The position numbers were made by a program, and so were the translations under genes. A stretch of 64,000 nt of DNA from Candidatus Latescibacterota bacterium (GTDB taxonomy: Bacteria > Latescibacterota > UBA2968 > GCA-2709665): NCBI GenBank assembly GCA_965116875.1, contig OZ220733.1, positions 1,024,001-1,088,000 of the forward strand, in the 5' to 3' direction. The notes beneath the pieces are model-generated. The model searched no databases. It was not told where the DNA came from and saw only the letters and a program-made list of their open reading frames with translations. Positions within the stretch are counted from its first letter, which is position 1. Each line of letters starts with the position of its first letter. This document shows positions 9,493-18,821 of the stretch, piece after piece.

Positions 9493-10347
9493 TCAGACAG
9501 GCTCCCGTTCATCAGGCGCCTCGGCCCGCTCAGGATCAGCGCAGGGTTCGAGCGGCATCCCGTCGCGATTTGCCATCTGATTGAACCACCGCAAACCGAC
9601 CAGTGCCAGGACGATACCGCAGGCAAACAGCCACCAGGGAAGAAACTCCACAATATGCCAATCCCCGATGGGTCGGATCATTTCATAACGGACAGATATC
9701 AATGAGAGAGAATTGCTCAGCGCGTGACCGAATAGCGCGGGCATCAAAGAACCCGTCCGTACGACCCACCACGCAAATACGAGCCCCAGTATCAAAGATC
9801 CGGAAAACTGCCATGGATTCATATGCATCGCGGCGAACAGTACTGCAGACCACAAAATGGCGCGCCGGCGGGTACCGTGGGCTAACAGCCCGCCCAGAAT
9901 AACGCCTCTGCAGAGGACCTCCTCGGTAAGCGGCGCTTGAATCGCGAGAACGTAAAACGCGAGACCAAATGGTGTTTTGCTCCCCATTAGATCAATGAAT
10001 ATGGCGAGTATTTCTTCGGGGATTGGAATCAGGTATTGGACGAAAGTTGCAATGTTGGTCACGACAAGGCCCAAACCCGCAATGGAAACGGAAAGTGGCA
10101 GGTACATTTTCCACGGCACTGTCCTGAAAAGCAGGATGTCGGACCAGGGCCGACCGGATCGACGTTGCGCGTATAACACGATCAGAGCGAAGACGGGGAG
10201 GTTTAGAATCCATCCCAGGTAATCGAAGATTCGTGTCTCCTTGCCGGACGCGGCACCGAGGAAATGAAGCACCAACCCCAATGCTTGCGTTGCCACCACA
10301 AGCAAGACCACCAGCCAAACGGACTGCTTCAGATTCGGATACGCCAT
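9493..10347 (-). CDS. CPBP (CAAX/Abi) intramembrane glutamic protease
   Basis: EEVLCRG, FAAMH and HALSN motifs; multiple hydrophobic segments; N-terminus MAYPNLKQS shared with the paralogs. Confidence 0.9.
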   Translation of the reverse strand: MAYPNLKQSVWLVVLLVVATQALGLVLHFLGAASGKETRIFDYLGWILNLPVFALIVLYAQRRSGRPWSDILLFRTVPWKMYLPLSVSIAGLGLVVTNIATFVQYLIPIPEEILAIFIDLMGSKTPFGLAFYVLAIQAPLTEEVLCRGVILGGLLAHGTRRRAILWSAVLFAAMHMNPWQFSGSLILGLVFAWWVVRTGSLMPALFGHALSNSLSLISVRYEMIRPIGDWHIVEFLPWWLFACGIVLALVGLRWFNQMANRDGMPLEPCADPERAEAPDEREPV

Positions 10348-10467
10348 GTGATTCCTTCCCCCTGGGCGATCTGATGATCGGACGTTCAATCAACCGTACA
10401 TCCGTGGAGTTGAGCCCCCTATTCCACGCCGATACAGACTACACCCTTATGTTTACTGTAAAGCCGG

Positions 10468-11316
10468 TTATGACGGAAGGGGGCGCCTTTGGACATGCTC
10501 CGTGCCTGCGTTTGTTTCGACCTGCCCGCCTCTGCTTCCCGCCGCTTTCTTGAACCACCACAGTCCGATCAGGGCAAGGGAGACGCCGCAAACGTGCAGC
10601 CACCACGGAAGCAGCGTCCCGACGCTGATATGGTCTCTGGGTCCGAAAACCCCCAGATGTGCGGCCGTCACGATCAGGAAATTGTTCAGCGCGTGTCCCG
10701 CGATCGCCGGAAGCAGAGAGCCGGTCTGGACGACCCACAATGCGAATACGAGCCCCAATATCAGAGCGGTCGGATATTGCCATGGGTTCAGGTGCGATAC
10801 GGCGAACAGCAGTGACGACCAGACGATCGCACGGCTCCGCGTTCGGTTGGCAAGAAGGCCCCCCAGTATAACCCCCCTGAAGAAGACTTCCTTCGCAAGA
10901 GGCGCCTGTACCACCATGGCGTAAAACGTGAACGCGTACGGCGTCTCCCGCCGCGCCGTTCCCCCGAACAAATTCCGGACGTTTTCGGACACCGGAATCA
11001 GTTGCCGGAACAGGTTTCCCAGGTCCGAGCCTACAATTGCGACTCCAACAATACACACGCCGAGCGGCAGGTAGAGGCGCCACGAAACCGGATTGAGGAG
11101 CAGGATGTCGGACCACGTCCGGTCGGTTCGGCGGTACGCGTACATGACCGACAAAATGAAACCGGCCAATATCATAAACTGAATTACGTAGGGACTCTTG
11201 AGCAAGGACCGGTCTAGAATGGCGCCAAGAATGCCAAACGGCAGTGCCACCACAAGGGAGAACAGGAAGAACAGCACGACCAGCCACACGGACTGCCTCA
11301 GATTCGGATACGGCAT
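10468..11316 (-). CDS. CPBP intramembrane protease paralog with altered motif 1
   Basis: KEVFFRG instead of EExxxR, plus FAVSH and HALNN. Start MPYPNLRQS follows GGGAGG. Confidence 0.85.
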   Translation of the reverse strand: MPYPNLRQSVWLVVLFFLFSLVVALPFGILGAILDRSLLKSPYVIQFMILAGFILSVMYAYRRTDRTWSDILLLNPVSWRLYLPLGVCIVGVAIVGSDLGNLFRQLIPVSENVRNLFGGTARRETPYAFTFYAMVVQAPLAKEVFFRGVILGGLLANRTRSRAIVWSSLLFAVSHLNPWQYPTALILGLVFALWVVQTGSLLPAIAGHALNNFLIVTAAHLGVFGPRDHISVGTLLPWWLHVCGVSLALIGLWWFKKAAGSRGGQVETNAGTEHVQRRPLPS

Positions 11317-11825
11317 GTAATCCCTCCCGTATTGAATCGTTTGGACGACAGTACATCCGGAGACCCGCATTCCGGCGCCCGCCGCGATTTCGTTGTGCTC
11401 ATGACTTCGGCAAATCCTGCCACAATCGCAATCAGTGTCCTGCTGATTTGCCGCGCAATCCAGGTCAATACGCAAAATACGAGCCAAACTCGAACCAACG
11501 AATAACCCGATGTATATACGGGACTTAATTGAGATCGCGCGGCGAGTTGGAAAGTAGCGGACGTGTAGCAAAATGCGCCTGACCGCCCTATGGAGAGTTC
11601 CTCCCCCGCAAACGGAAGCACGATATTGGTTTATTCCTGCGGTGTTTTTGGACGCGAAGCGAACGGTCTGTCTGCAAATGACGTATTCTGCGTCGCATGG
11701 CGCGTTTTGCGACATCTGGCGACGGCCGAATGTGCGCGACGTCGTCCACCGAAGGCAACTGCCTGACCCGGCGTTGGAGTGCGCCGGCACACGATGGATG
11801 TTGAGGAGGACCATCAGGGAAGGGC

Positions 11826-12040
11826 ACAAAAAATCCCGCTCCATCCCTTGCCGTTCAGTGATGCGCACCTTAGCGGCACCCCGGTTAAAGGGTGCCGGGC
11901 AGTGTCACCACTCACGCAGCTTTTAGGATGCGGGAAGGTCCTACGTATTCACCGGGGACAAGGGAGCTACCCCTGCCCCTGAATGTCGGCTATTGTATTC
12001 GGTAGGCTACCCGACATACGGGTACTGCCCGAGTGGTGAC
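11826..12040 (-). ncRNA. candidate structured non-coding RNA or leader, family unassigned
   Basis: Multiple nested and alternative complementary segments directly downstream of a sigma70-like promoter, ending at a U6 tract (see findings). Confidence 0.5.
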
Positions 12041-12046
12041 AAACCA

Positions 12047-12075
12047 AATATAGTTTCCGCTTTCGTGAATGACAA
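12047..12075 (-). promoter_or_regulatory. sigma70-like promoter
   Basis: TTGTCA-N17-TATATT on the minus strand. Confidence 0.6.
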
Positions 12076-12264
12076 GGGCTAATTTGCGTCTTCAAAAAAT
12101 CTACGAGACCTGCGAGGCGCGATGTCGTGTGCCCGTCGGAAGCCGGTACATTGCAATGGTCGCCGGCTGCGGCGAAATACGCGAACCGGAGAACTGAAGT
12201 CGTGCCAGAATTGCTGATTGGCCGGTACTGGTGCATCGTGGCGGCACCAGCCTCCGTCTCGCGT

Positions 12265-13083
12265 CTACTCCCGGTTCTTCTTCGCGGTTTCCCAGATCGG
12301 GTAGTGGATTTCCGCCCGCTGATACTCACTCTGCAGCCACTGGCTGAACAGCGTATCGCGGATCTCGTTTGATACGCGATCGTCAAGGATTGCCGGAAAG
12401 TTCCGCTGCAGCATATACAACGCAAAACCGCCCGATGCCTTTTCGGGTCCGAAGACTTCACCCGGTGCGGCGGCGAAGAGGCGCGCCGCAATCCCCCTGG
12501 GCAACTGCCCGCGTCGGACTCGCCCGACAAAACCGCCGGACGGACCCGTGCGTTCATCCTGTGAGAATTCGCGGGCCATTCTGCAAAAATCAGCGCCTTC
12601 TTCTCTGGCCTGAAGCCCGATTTCGTCCATCACGCCCTTGTCACGGTGGAAAATCCAGCAGACTTCCGCCTCGTCGAAATCCAGCTTGTGTTGCGCGAAA
12701 TAGGGTTCGATCCTTCCGTCCACGACCTTGTCGGACAACGCGCGCTCCAACCGTTTCACCTGGGCGTCTTCCGCGACGTCCGCCAGGGTAATGCCCCGGG
12801 ACCGGAGCCACGCTTCTGTGTCTTCAACCCGTTCCAGCCGATGTCTATAGCGCCAGTCGTCCACGTCGCGCTGGATGTCTTCCGGCTTCACGCGGATGCC
12901 TTCCCGGACTGCAAGCTGGCGCACCAGTTCTCTGCGCGCGAATTCACCGAAGAAATCGAGTTTGTCGGCGACCCCCAGTTCACGGACGACCTGACTCAGC
13001 GACACGCCGGCGCCATTGACCTGGACGAGCGTGGTTTCCCGGGACGGAGTTGGGTTCCCGCCTTCCGCGCGAGGACTCATCAC
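12265..13083 (-). CDS. PpiC/parvulin-type peptidyl-prolyl isomerase associated with type I secretion
   Basis: F..MAREFSQD..TGPSGGFVG and PGEVFGP rotamase motifs; helical N-domain, no signal peptide; overlaps the HlyD stop. Confidence 0.8.
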   Translation of the reverse strand: MMSPRAEGGNPTPSRETTLVQVNGAGVSLSQVVRELGVADKLDFFGEFARRELVRQLAVREGIRVKPEDIQRDVDDWRYRHRLERVEDTEAWLRSRGITLADVAEDAQVKRLERALSDKVVDGRIEPYFAQHKLDFDEAEVCWIFHRDKGVMDEIGLQAREEGADFCRMAREFSQDERTGPSGGFVGRVRRGQLPRGIAARLFAAAPGEVFGPEKASGGFALYMLQRNFPAILDDRVSNEIRDTLFSQWLQSEYQRAEIHYPIWETAKKNRE

Positions 13084-14480
13084 GAGTCCTCCGGCTGAGC
13101 CGTCACCGCCCTGATGGCGTCGTACGTTGCTGATTCATAAAGCCTCCGCAGAGGACTCAGAAGCATCAGCAGGACGGATTGGCGGTCCGTCATGATCTCA
13201 GCGGTACCTTTCATGCCGAACAGGAGCGGCTTCTCCCGCCCCTTTACGTCCACGGTGGTTTCTTCCAATTCAACGACACCCCTGAAAACCGGTCCGACCG
13301 TCTCATCGATGACGGCATCCGGCGAGATCTGTTTGAGCCACCCGCGTTTGATTCCGAAATCCTGGAACGCGAAGGCGTCGTATTTCAGTTTCACGATCTG
13401 ACCCGGTTTCAGCATGCCCACGTCCTTGTTCAATACCGTGAGTTCGGCGACGATCGGGGCGGACGCCGGCGCTACCGAAACCAGCGCCTGCCCCTTGCTG
13501 ACGACCTGTCCGAGCGCATTCACCTCCACCCGCGTCACAATGCCGGATTCCGGCGCCAGTATGAGGTCAGACTCCGCTTCCAGCCGGCGGTCGACGCGTT
13601 TGCGCGCCTGTTCCAGTCTCAATCGCGCATTTTCGTACGCGTGTTTCATCTGTGACGCCTCGCGGCCATGCGCGATTCGCGTCTCCAGAATCTGACGCTT
13701 GAGGTCCTGGACGGCCGTCTCGTTCCTGTAGATTTCCGACATTCGTCCCGGAAGCGCCGCGAGTGCGCTCAGGTACCGTACACGCGCCTGATTGATATCC
13801 ACCCGGCTGATCAGTTTTCTCTGGAACAGCATCTTCTGCTGAAGATAGTCCTGCTTCAAATGATCGATTTCCGCCTGCCTGAAGCCGATCTGCGCCTGCA
13901 GTTCCGCCTCGGAATCGTTCCTTCCGGATCCTTCGGCATCACCCGCATCGTCATGGTAATCCCTGAGGGCGTTCTGATGCGCCGCCATGAACCGCTGCAG
14001 AACAGCCAGTCTCTTTTCGAGCGACGCGATCGTCTCCCGGTTCAATTCAGACTTCCGGGGCAAAACCTGATTGAAGTCGTACCCGGCCTGCTGATACGCC
14101 ATTTCCGCCTGTTCCAGTTCTCGAAGGTCTCCCCATGTTTCCCACGACTTCAGCTTGAACAGCAACTGGCCTTCTTCGATCCGATCGCCCTCGCTGACAC
14201 CGATGTGCTCGATCTCGCCGCCGCGACGCGCCTGCAACGTCTTCACCTTACCCAGGGGCACAAGTTGAAACGGCGCCGACGCCACAACGTCCACCTTGCC
14301 CCACCACGCCCAGACCACCGCGATCCCGACAAACAGAAGCACGACGTAGAGCAGCGCCCGCCCCCAGAACGGCCTCAGCGAACCGAAAAACGCCTGCATC
14401 TCCTCCGAGGCGTGCTCCCGCGCGGGCAGATGCATCGGTGACGACGCTCCCGACGATTCCGATTGTTGCGGTTCCGCCAT
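13080..14480 (-). CDS. HlyD-family secretion adaptor
   Basis: N-terminal TM, coiled coil, ILAPESGIV, KYDAFAFQDFG, ISPDA and GMKGTAEI. Confidence 0.9.
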   Translation of the reverse strand: MAEPQQSESSGASSPMHLPAREHASEEMQAFFGSLRPFWGRALLYVVLLFVGIAVVWAWWGKVDVVASAPFQLVPLGKVKTLQARRGGEIEHIGVSEGDRIEEGQLLFKLKSWETWGDLRELEQAEMAYQQAGYDFNQVLPRKSELNRETIASLEKRLAVLQRFMAAHQNALRDYHDDAGDAEGSGRNDSEAELQAQIGFRQAEIDHLKQDYLQQKMLFQRKLISRVDINQARVRYLSALAALPGRMSEIYRNETAVQDLKRQILETRIAHGREASQMKHAYENARLRLEQARKRVDRRLEAESDLILAPESGIVTRVEVNALGQVVSKGQALVSVAPASAPIVAELTVLNKDVGMLKPGQIVKLKYDAFAFQDFGIKRGWLKQISPDAVIDETVGPVFRGVVELEETTVDVKGREKPLLFGMKGTAEIMTDRQSVLLMLLSPLRRLYESATYDAIRAVTAQPEDS

Positions 14481-14507
14481 CCGATCGGCTCCTCGTCAAC
14501 CCCAGGT

Positions 14508-17500
14508 TCATGTCAATTGCAACTGCTGGCTGCACATGTGATAGTAGAGACCCCGGCGAAGCATCAGTTCTTCGTGCGTGCCGGTGTCGAGAATATGGCC
14601 CTTTTCCATTACGAGAATCGTGTCCGCGTCCCTCACCGTGCTCAGGCGATGGGCGATTACCAGGGACGTGCGGTTTTCCAGGAATAGCGCCAGATTGGAC
14701 TGGATGGCGGCCTCCGAGTCCGTATCCAGCGCATTTGTCGCTTCGTCGAAAATTAGGATTCCCGGATCGCGATACAACGCGCGCGCGATCGCGACCCGTT
14801 GGCGCTGCCCGCCGGACAATCCGATTCCCTGTTCGCCCACCTTCGTCTCGTATCCCAGGGGCATCTCGTTTACGAAGTCGTGGACACATGCCAATTTCGC
14901 AACTTCCAGGAGGCGGTCCATATTCGCGTCCGATTCTCCAACCGCGATGTTCTCGGCAATGGTTCCGCTGAAGAGAAAGGAGTCCTGCATGACCATGCCC
15001 ACCTGGCGGCGCAGCCAGTGAGGGTCGAAGTCGCGCACGTCCATCTCGTCCAGCAGCACACGGCCTTCCGTGGGATCGAAGAGGCGGGGCACGAGCTTGA
15101 CGAGCGTGGTCTTTCCGGCGCCGCTGCGTCCCACGATGGCGACCTTGTGTCCGGGCTTCAGTTCCAGGTCGATGTTGTTCAACACGTAGGGTTCATCGGT
15201 TCCGACGCCGTACCTGAAGAACACGTTCTCGAAGACCAGACGTCCTTCAACCTGCTTCAGTCTCAGGCCGTGTCCGCTCTGGCGCGCACTCTCCATCTTC
15301 GAGTCATAGACGTCATTCAGCCGGTCCAGGGCGACCCGGGCCTCCTGAACCTCGGGCCACACGCCGATCAAACCCATAATGGGGCCCATCACGTTGCCGA
15401 TGAGGGCGTTGAACGCCATCAATTGACCGACCGACAACTCACCGGCGATAACCAGGGAAGCGCCATACCACAGAATCACCGTGGAACTCAGCAGATTGAT
15501 CATGCTTCCGCCCGCGCCGAACAGCATCTCCATTTTCAATCGTCGGAATCCGATCTGGATTTCCCGGGTAAACTTGCCCTCCCACTGCCATCTCGTTACC
15601 CGTTCGACCGCTTCGGCTTTCACAACGTCGATCCCGTGCAGCGAATCGATCAGGACGGAGGACTGTTCAGCGCGGGCGAGAAATGCCCGCTGGCTGAAGG
15701 ACTTCAGGATCGGGGTATAGATCAGCGTCAGCCCGACGGAGAGCGGCACGAAGATCAACATCACGAGCGTCAACTCCCAGTTGTAGTAGAACATCAGTCC
15801 GAGATAGACGAACAACATGATAAAATCGAGTATCGCCGAAATGGTCGTGTCGGTGAACAGCCGCTGGATCGTCGCGTTTTCCTTGAATCGTGTGGTCAGA
15901 TCGCCGGTGCGGCGCAACGCGAAGAAGCGCATGGACAGGCCCAGCAGATGGCGGTAGAACCGGGACAGCATGGTGAGGCTCAGCCTGGCGCTGATATATC
16001 CGATCAGATACGCGCGCAGCGTCGAGGTACCCATCTGGAAGAGCGCGACGACGACCATACCCGCCAGCATCAGGTTCAAAAGGTCCTCGTCGTGATGCAC
16101 CAGCACCTGATCGACGATCGTCTGCGTGAAGACCGGCGAGGCGAGGCCGAACAGGCTGAGTACCAGGGACGCCAGCAGGACCTCGACCAGAATGGCCGTA
16201 TAGGGCTTTATCAGCGGCAAGAAACGCTTGAAGGAAGACCTTGAGGGTTCGTTCTCCGCCACCTGATCCGTGTATTCCAGGAGCAACGCCATATTGGTCC
16301 AGCTCTTCTCGAACTCCCCCCGCGCCATCCTGCGAACGCCCAAGCCGGGATCCGCGATTCTCACGTCTTTCCTGTTGATCTCGTACAATACCACGAAGTG
16401 ATTGCCTTCCCAGTGCAGAATCGCCGGAAGTCCGGTCCTCATCAGCGCTTCATAACCCGTGCGCACGCCCCGGGTGACGAATCCCAGCGTCTCCGCCGCC
16501 TCGGCCAATGCCGCCATAGATGTACCTTCCCGCGACACGTTGCACATATCGCGCAGCCGGTTCAACCCGATCGGCATCTTGTAATACTTGCAGATCATCC
16601 CCAGACACGCTGCCCCGCAGTCGGACTGATCGTGCTGCTTCAGGAACGGAAAACGAAAGGACGTCGATGTTCTGTGTTGCGCTTCAGACGTCCCGGTATT
16701 CGGGACGTCGTTTGTGGCGCCATTCGCCGCAACGGCGTTGTTCACCGCCGCCGTTTCCGCGTGGACGTGAATTCCGTCCGATTCAATCTCGCGGGACAGC
16801 GACCTTTCCGATCCAGGTTCCTGGTACAACCGGCTGGCTTTCTCTCTCAAGGGGGTTAATGCAAGGATCGATTGATTCAGGCCTTCCAGGTCGGGCTTTT
16901 CCAAAAGGTAGATAACGCTATTGACCCGGCTTCGGATCGTCCGTGACTCGCCACCTGAAGAGTCTGTCTCTTCGAAAAAATCCCCCGCGTCCAGAGAATG
17001 CGTGCTTCCGTCCTTGAGAATCACGTCCAACCCGCCGCTGCCCACCACGCAGAAACGCCCGCTCGAATGACCTGATTGCGTGAACGACGCGCCCTCGGCG
17101 ACCTCCTCTCGCTTCAGACGTTGGAACAACTCCCGCATCTCATCTCCGGAAACGGAGCCCTTCAGAAACCTCGTGAAATCCCGATACGCGATATTCGCAA
17201 CCTGATCCTGCAGATGGGCCCCCAGCTCCGGCTCTTTCTTCAATACGTTGAAGAAATCATCCTGCGTCACCCTCAGCACCACGGTGTCCTCCGCGGCTCG
17301 CACCGCAGCCCGATGGCCCTGCTCCGTCAACAGCGCCCCCTCGCCAAAGTGGTCGCCGGCGTACAAGAAGCCCGCGGTTTCAGGCTGGGCATTCGTATTC
17401 CGTTTGATCACTCGCAGCCGGCCGGATTCTACCAGGTAGAACGCATCGCCAGGCGCGCCCTGTTCAATGACAACCTCTCCGAAGCGAAACCGCACGGATT

Positions 17501-17543
17501 CCGGCTGATTCGACGACTGAGAAAAGTAGCTGAAGACGTCCAT
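14508..17543 (-). CDS. peptidase C39-containing ABC exporter with two N-terminal cNMP-binding-like domains
   Basis: QGAPGDAFYLVESG..GDHFGE (cNMP); QHDQSDCGAAC, HWEGNHFVV and IADP (intact Cys-His-Asp); GRSGAGKT and LSGGQRQR. Confidence 0.92.
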   Translation of the reverse strand: MDVFSYFSQSSNQPESVRFRFGEVVIEQGAPGDAFYLVESGRLRVIKRNTNAQPETAGFLYAGDHFGEGALLTEQGHRAAVRAAEDTVVLRVTQDDFFNVLKKEPELGAHLQDQVANIAYRDFTRFLKGSVSGDEMRELFQRLKREEVAEGASFTQSGHSSGRFCVVGSGGLDVILKDGSTHSLDAGDFFEETDSSGGESRTIRSRVNSVIYLLEKPDLEGLNQSILALTPLREKASRLYQEPGSERSLSREIESDGIHVHAETAAVNNAVAANGATNDVPNTGTSEAQHRTSTSFRFPFLKQHDQSDCGAACLGMICKYYKMPIGLNRLRDMCNVSREGTSMAALAEAAETLGFVTRGVRTGYEALMRTGLPAILHWEGNHFVVLYEINRKDVRIADPGLGVRRMARGEFEKSWTNMALLLEYTDQVAENEPSRSSFKRFLPLIKPYTAILVEVLLASLVLSLFGLASPVFTQTIVDQVLVHHDEDLLNLMLAGMVVVALFQMGTSTLRAYLIGYISARLSLTMLSRFYRHLLGLSMRFFALRRTGDLTTRFKENATIQRLFTDTTISAILDFIMLFVYLGLMFYYNWELTLVMLIFVPLSVGLTLIYTPILKSFSQRAFLARAEQSSVLIDSLHGIDVVKAEAVERVTRWQWEGKFTREIQIGFRRLKMEMLFGAGGSMINLLSSTVILWYGASLVIAGELSVGQLMAFNALIGNVMGPIMGLIGVWPEVQEARVALDRLNDVYDSKMESARQSGHGLRLKQVEGRLVFENVFFRYGVGTDEPYVLNNIDLELKPGHKVAIVGRSGAGKTTLVKLVPRLFDPTEGRVLLDEMDVRDFDPHWLRRQVGMVMQDSFLFSGTIAENIAVGESDANMDRLLEVAKLACVHDFVNEMPLGYETKVGEQGIGLSGGQRQRVAIARALYRDPGILIFDEATNALDTDSEAAIQSNLALFLENRTSLVIAHRLSTVRDADTILVMEKGHILDTGTHEELMLRRGLYYHMCSQQLQLT

Positions 17544-17733
17544 GGTTTCGTTCCGGTTTATGGCGGAATTATTCCATTGTCAGGTTGTAGACCCGTGTCC
17601 GACGAGACGCGGTTCGCTAATCATCGATGATGCTTCCGGTCGGGACCGCCAGGCTTTTAGTCGCGGACGGGTAGTCCCGGATCTTGCCCCGAATTGTCAT
17701 CTGCGGGCAACAAACACGTCTATTTTATCGGTA

Positions 17734-17753
17734 ATATACTATATATAGTATAT
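17734..17753. promoter_or_regulatory. perfect 20-bp palindrome, candidate operator
   Basis: ATATACTATATATAGTATAT in an AT-rich patch about 190 bp upstream of the exporter. Confidence 0.55.
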
Positions 17754-17841
17754 ACAGTCGCATTCGTGCCCGAGTGTTATCCCGAAGAGAGTCCCCCTGA
17801 CCGATGTGACTGCGGCCAAGGCATGAGCAACCGTTCAGTCC

Positions 17842-18063
17842 CTACACTGCGTCCGACACGGCATCCGAGGGAAGGGCCAGGCCCTCGGAAACACGTTGCT
17901 CGTTCTGCGGAACCCGGGCAAACCAGCACAGTCCAAGTGCAGCAAGAGCTACCCCCGATGCACTCCACCACCAGGGATTGAACGCAACTTCGTTAAGGTC
18001 TCCTGAAATGTCCTGATGTCGCGTGTAAAAGTGCAGAATAATCGTGGCGATGAGGTTGTTTAG
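17842..18063 (-). pseudogene. C-terminal remnant of a fourth CPBP protease
   Basis: Manual translation LNNLIATIILHF...DLNEVAFNPWWWSASGVALAALGLCWF...stop aligns with LNNFIGVTTLHF...DFNVVVFNPWWWTGGGVLLAALGLWWF of 19733..20587; the 5' part is missing. Confidence 0.8.
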
Positions 18064-18698
18064 TACGTTCCGGCATGATCTTTCCTGGAATCATTTCGGA
18101 TCGTTAAGCTACTTCGCTCCGGCGGAGATTGCCCTTCCGGCCAGACAAAGCAACCAATTTCCGATGGGTGATCCTGAACCCACAGGTCGACGGGGAAATT
18201 CCGGATCTTGAAATCAATCAAGACATCCCCCGCACATGCAGAAAAACTTAAACTGAAGAGCAAAAGTGTCCATAAAGACGGGTACAACAGAAGGAAGAGA
18301 CCGGCAACCGGCACTGTGACCGCGAGAGGCAACAGCAGCAATCTACGAAAAGCGCCAATCCTCATCGGGCTCGAGCAATGACAATAGGCAACAAGCCATT
18401 TCAAATTGAATCCGAAACGAATCGAACTGAATGGCGCCTTGCCCCAAAGCAATGCGGCCAGGGCATGCAACGCTTCGTGGCCAACCGCCAGCAAGACGAG
18501 ACTTCCCAGAAACACCCACAGATTGAAATTGGCCGCCCGGAGGTCGACATTCCATCCGGACAAGCACCAGTGCACCACAAGGACTGCGTTGACCGCAACA
18601 AAAAACATCACGAGCGAAAGAACAAACATCGCAAGCGCGCCTGTGCGGATCGTGAGGATCTCCTGGGAATCTTTATTCATGATCTCTTGTGAACACAT
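18060..18698 (-). CDS. DUF3267-like putative membrane zinc peptidase
   Basis: HEALH, YCHC, AGD and QDHPSEIG motifs; several TM segments. Confidence 0.8.
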   Translation of the reverse strand: MCSQEIMNKDSQEILTIRTGALAMFVLSLVMFFVAVNAVLVVHWCLSGWNVDLRAANFNLWVFLGSLVLLAVGHEALHALAALLWGKAPFSSIRFGFNLKWLVAYCHCSSPMRIGAFRRLLLLPLAVTVPVAGLFLLLYPSLWTLLLFSLSFSACAGDVLIDFKIRNFPVDLWVQDHPSEIGCFVWPEGQSPPERSSLTIRNDSRKDHAGTY

Positions 18699-18821
18699 TT
18701 CGATTATTCAAGCCGGCGCAATGTATCGTGGAGCTACAAATATCGAACGTCCTTTGGAAGTCATCGATGTTCGTTTAATGCGCCTGCCGGATCCACCTGT
18801 CGCGGGTTCGCATACGAACGT

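Noticed and set aside
11317-11868. Long open frame upstream of the CPBP gene containing ASVCGGG, as an N-terminal extension or another GG precursor
   Set aside because: The paralogs start at M.YPNL with a good RBS, and the segment lacks the LP-x5-L motif and an RBS.
11860-12030. Assignment of the structured region as an HDV-like ribozyme, cobalamin riboswitch or T-box
   Set aside because: Only partial motif resemblance; the required P3/L3, GGGAA/B12-box and AGAGA/T-box elements are not satisfied, so it is left unassigned.
17777-17971. Cys-rich 64-aa ORF (MVECIGGSSCC...) as an extra precursor
   Set aside because: It is an alternative frame over the CPBP remnant and has no convincing RBS or leader.
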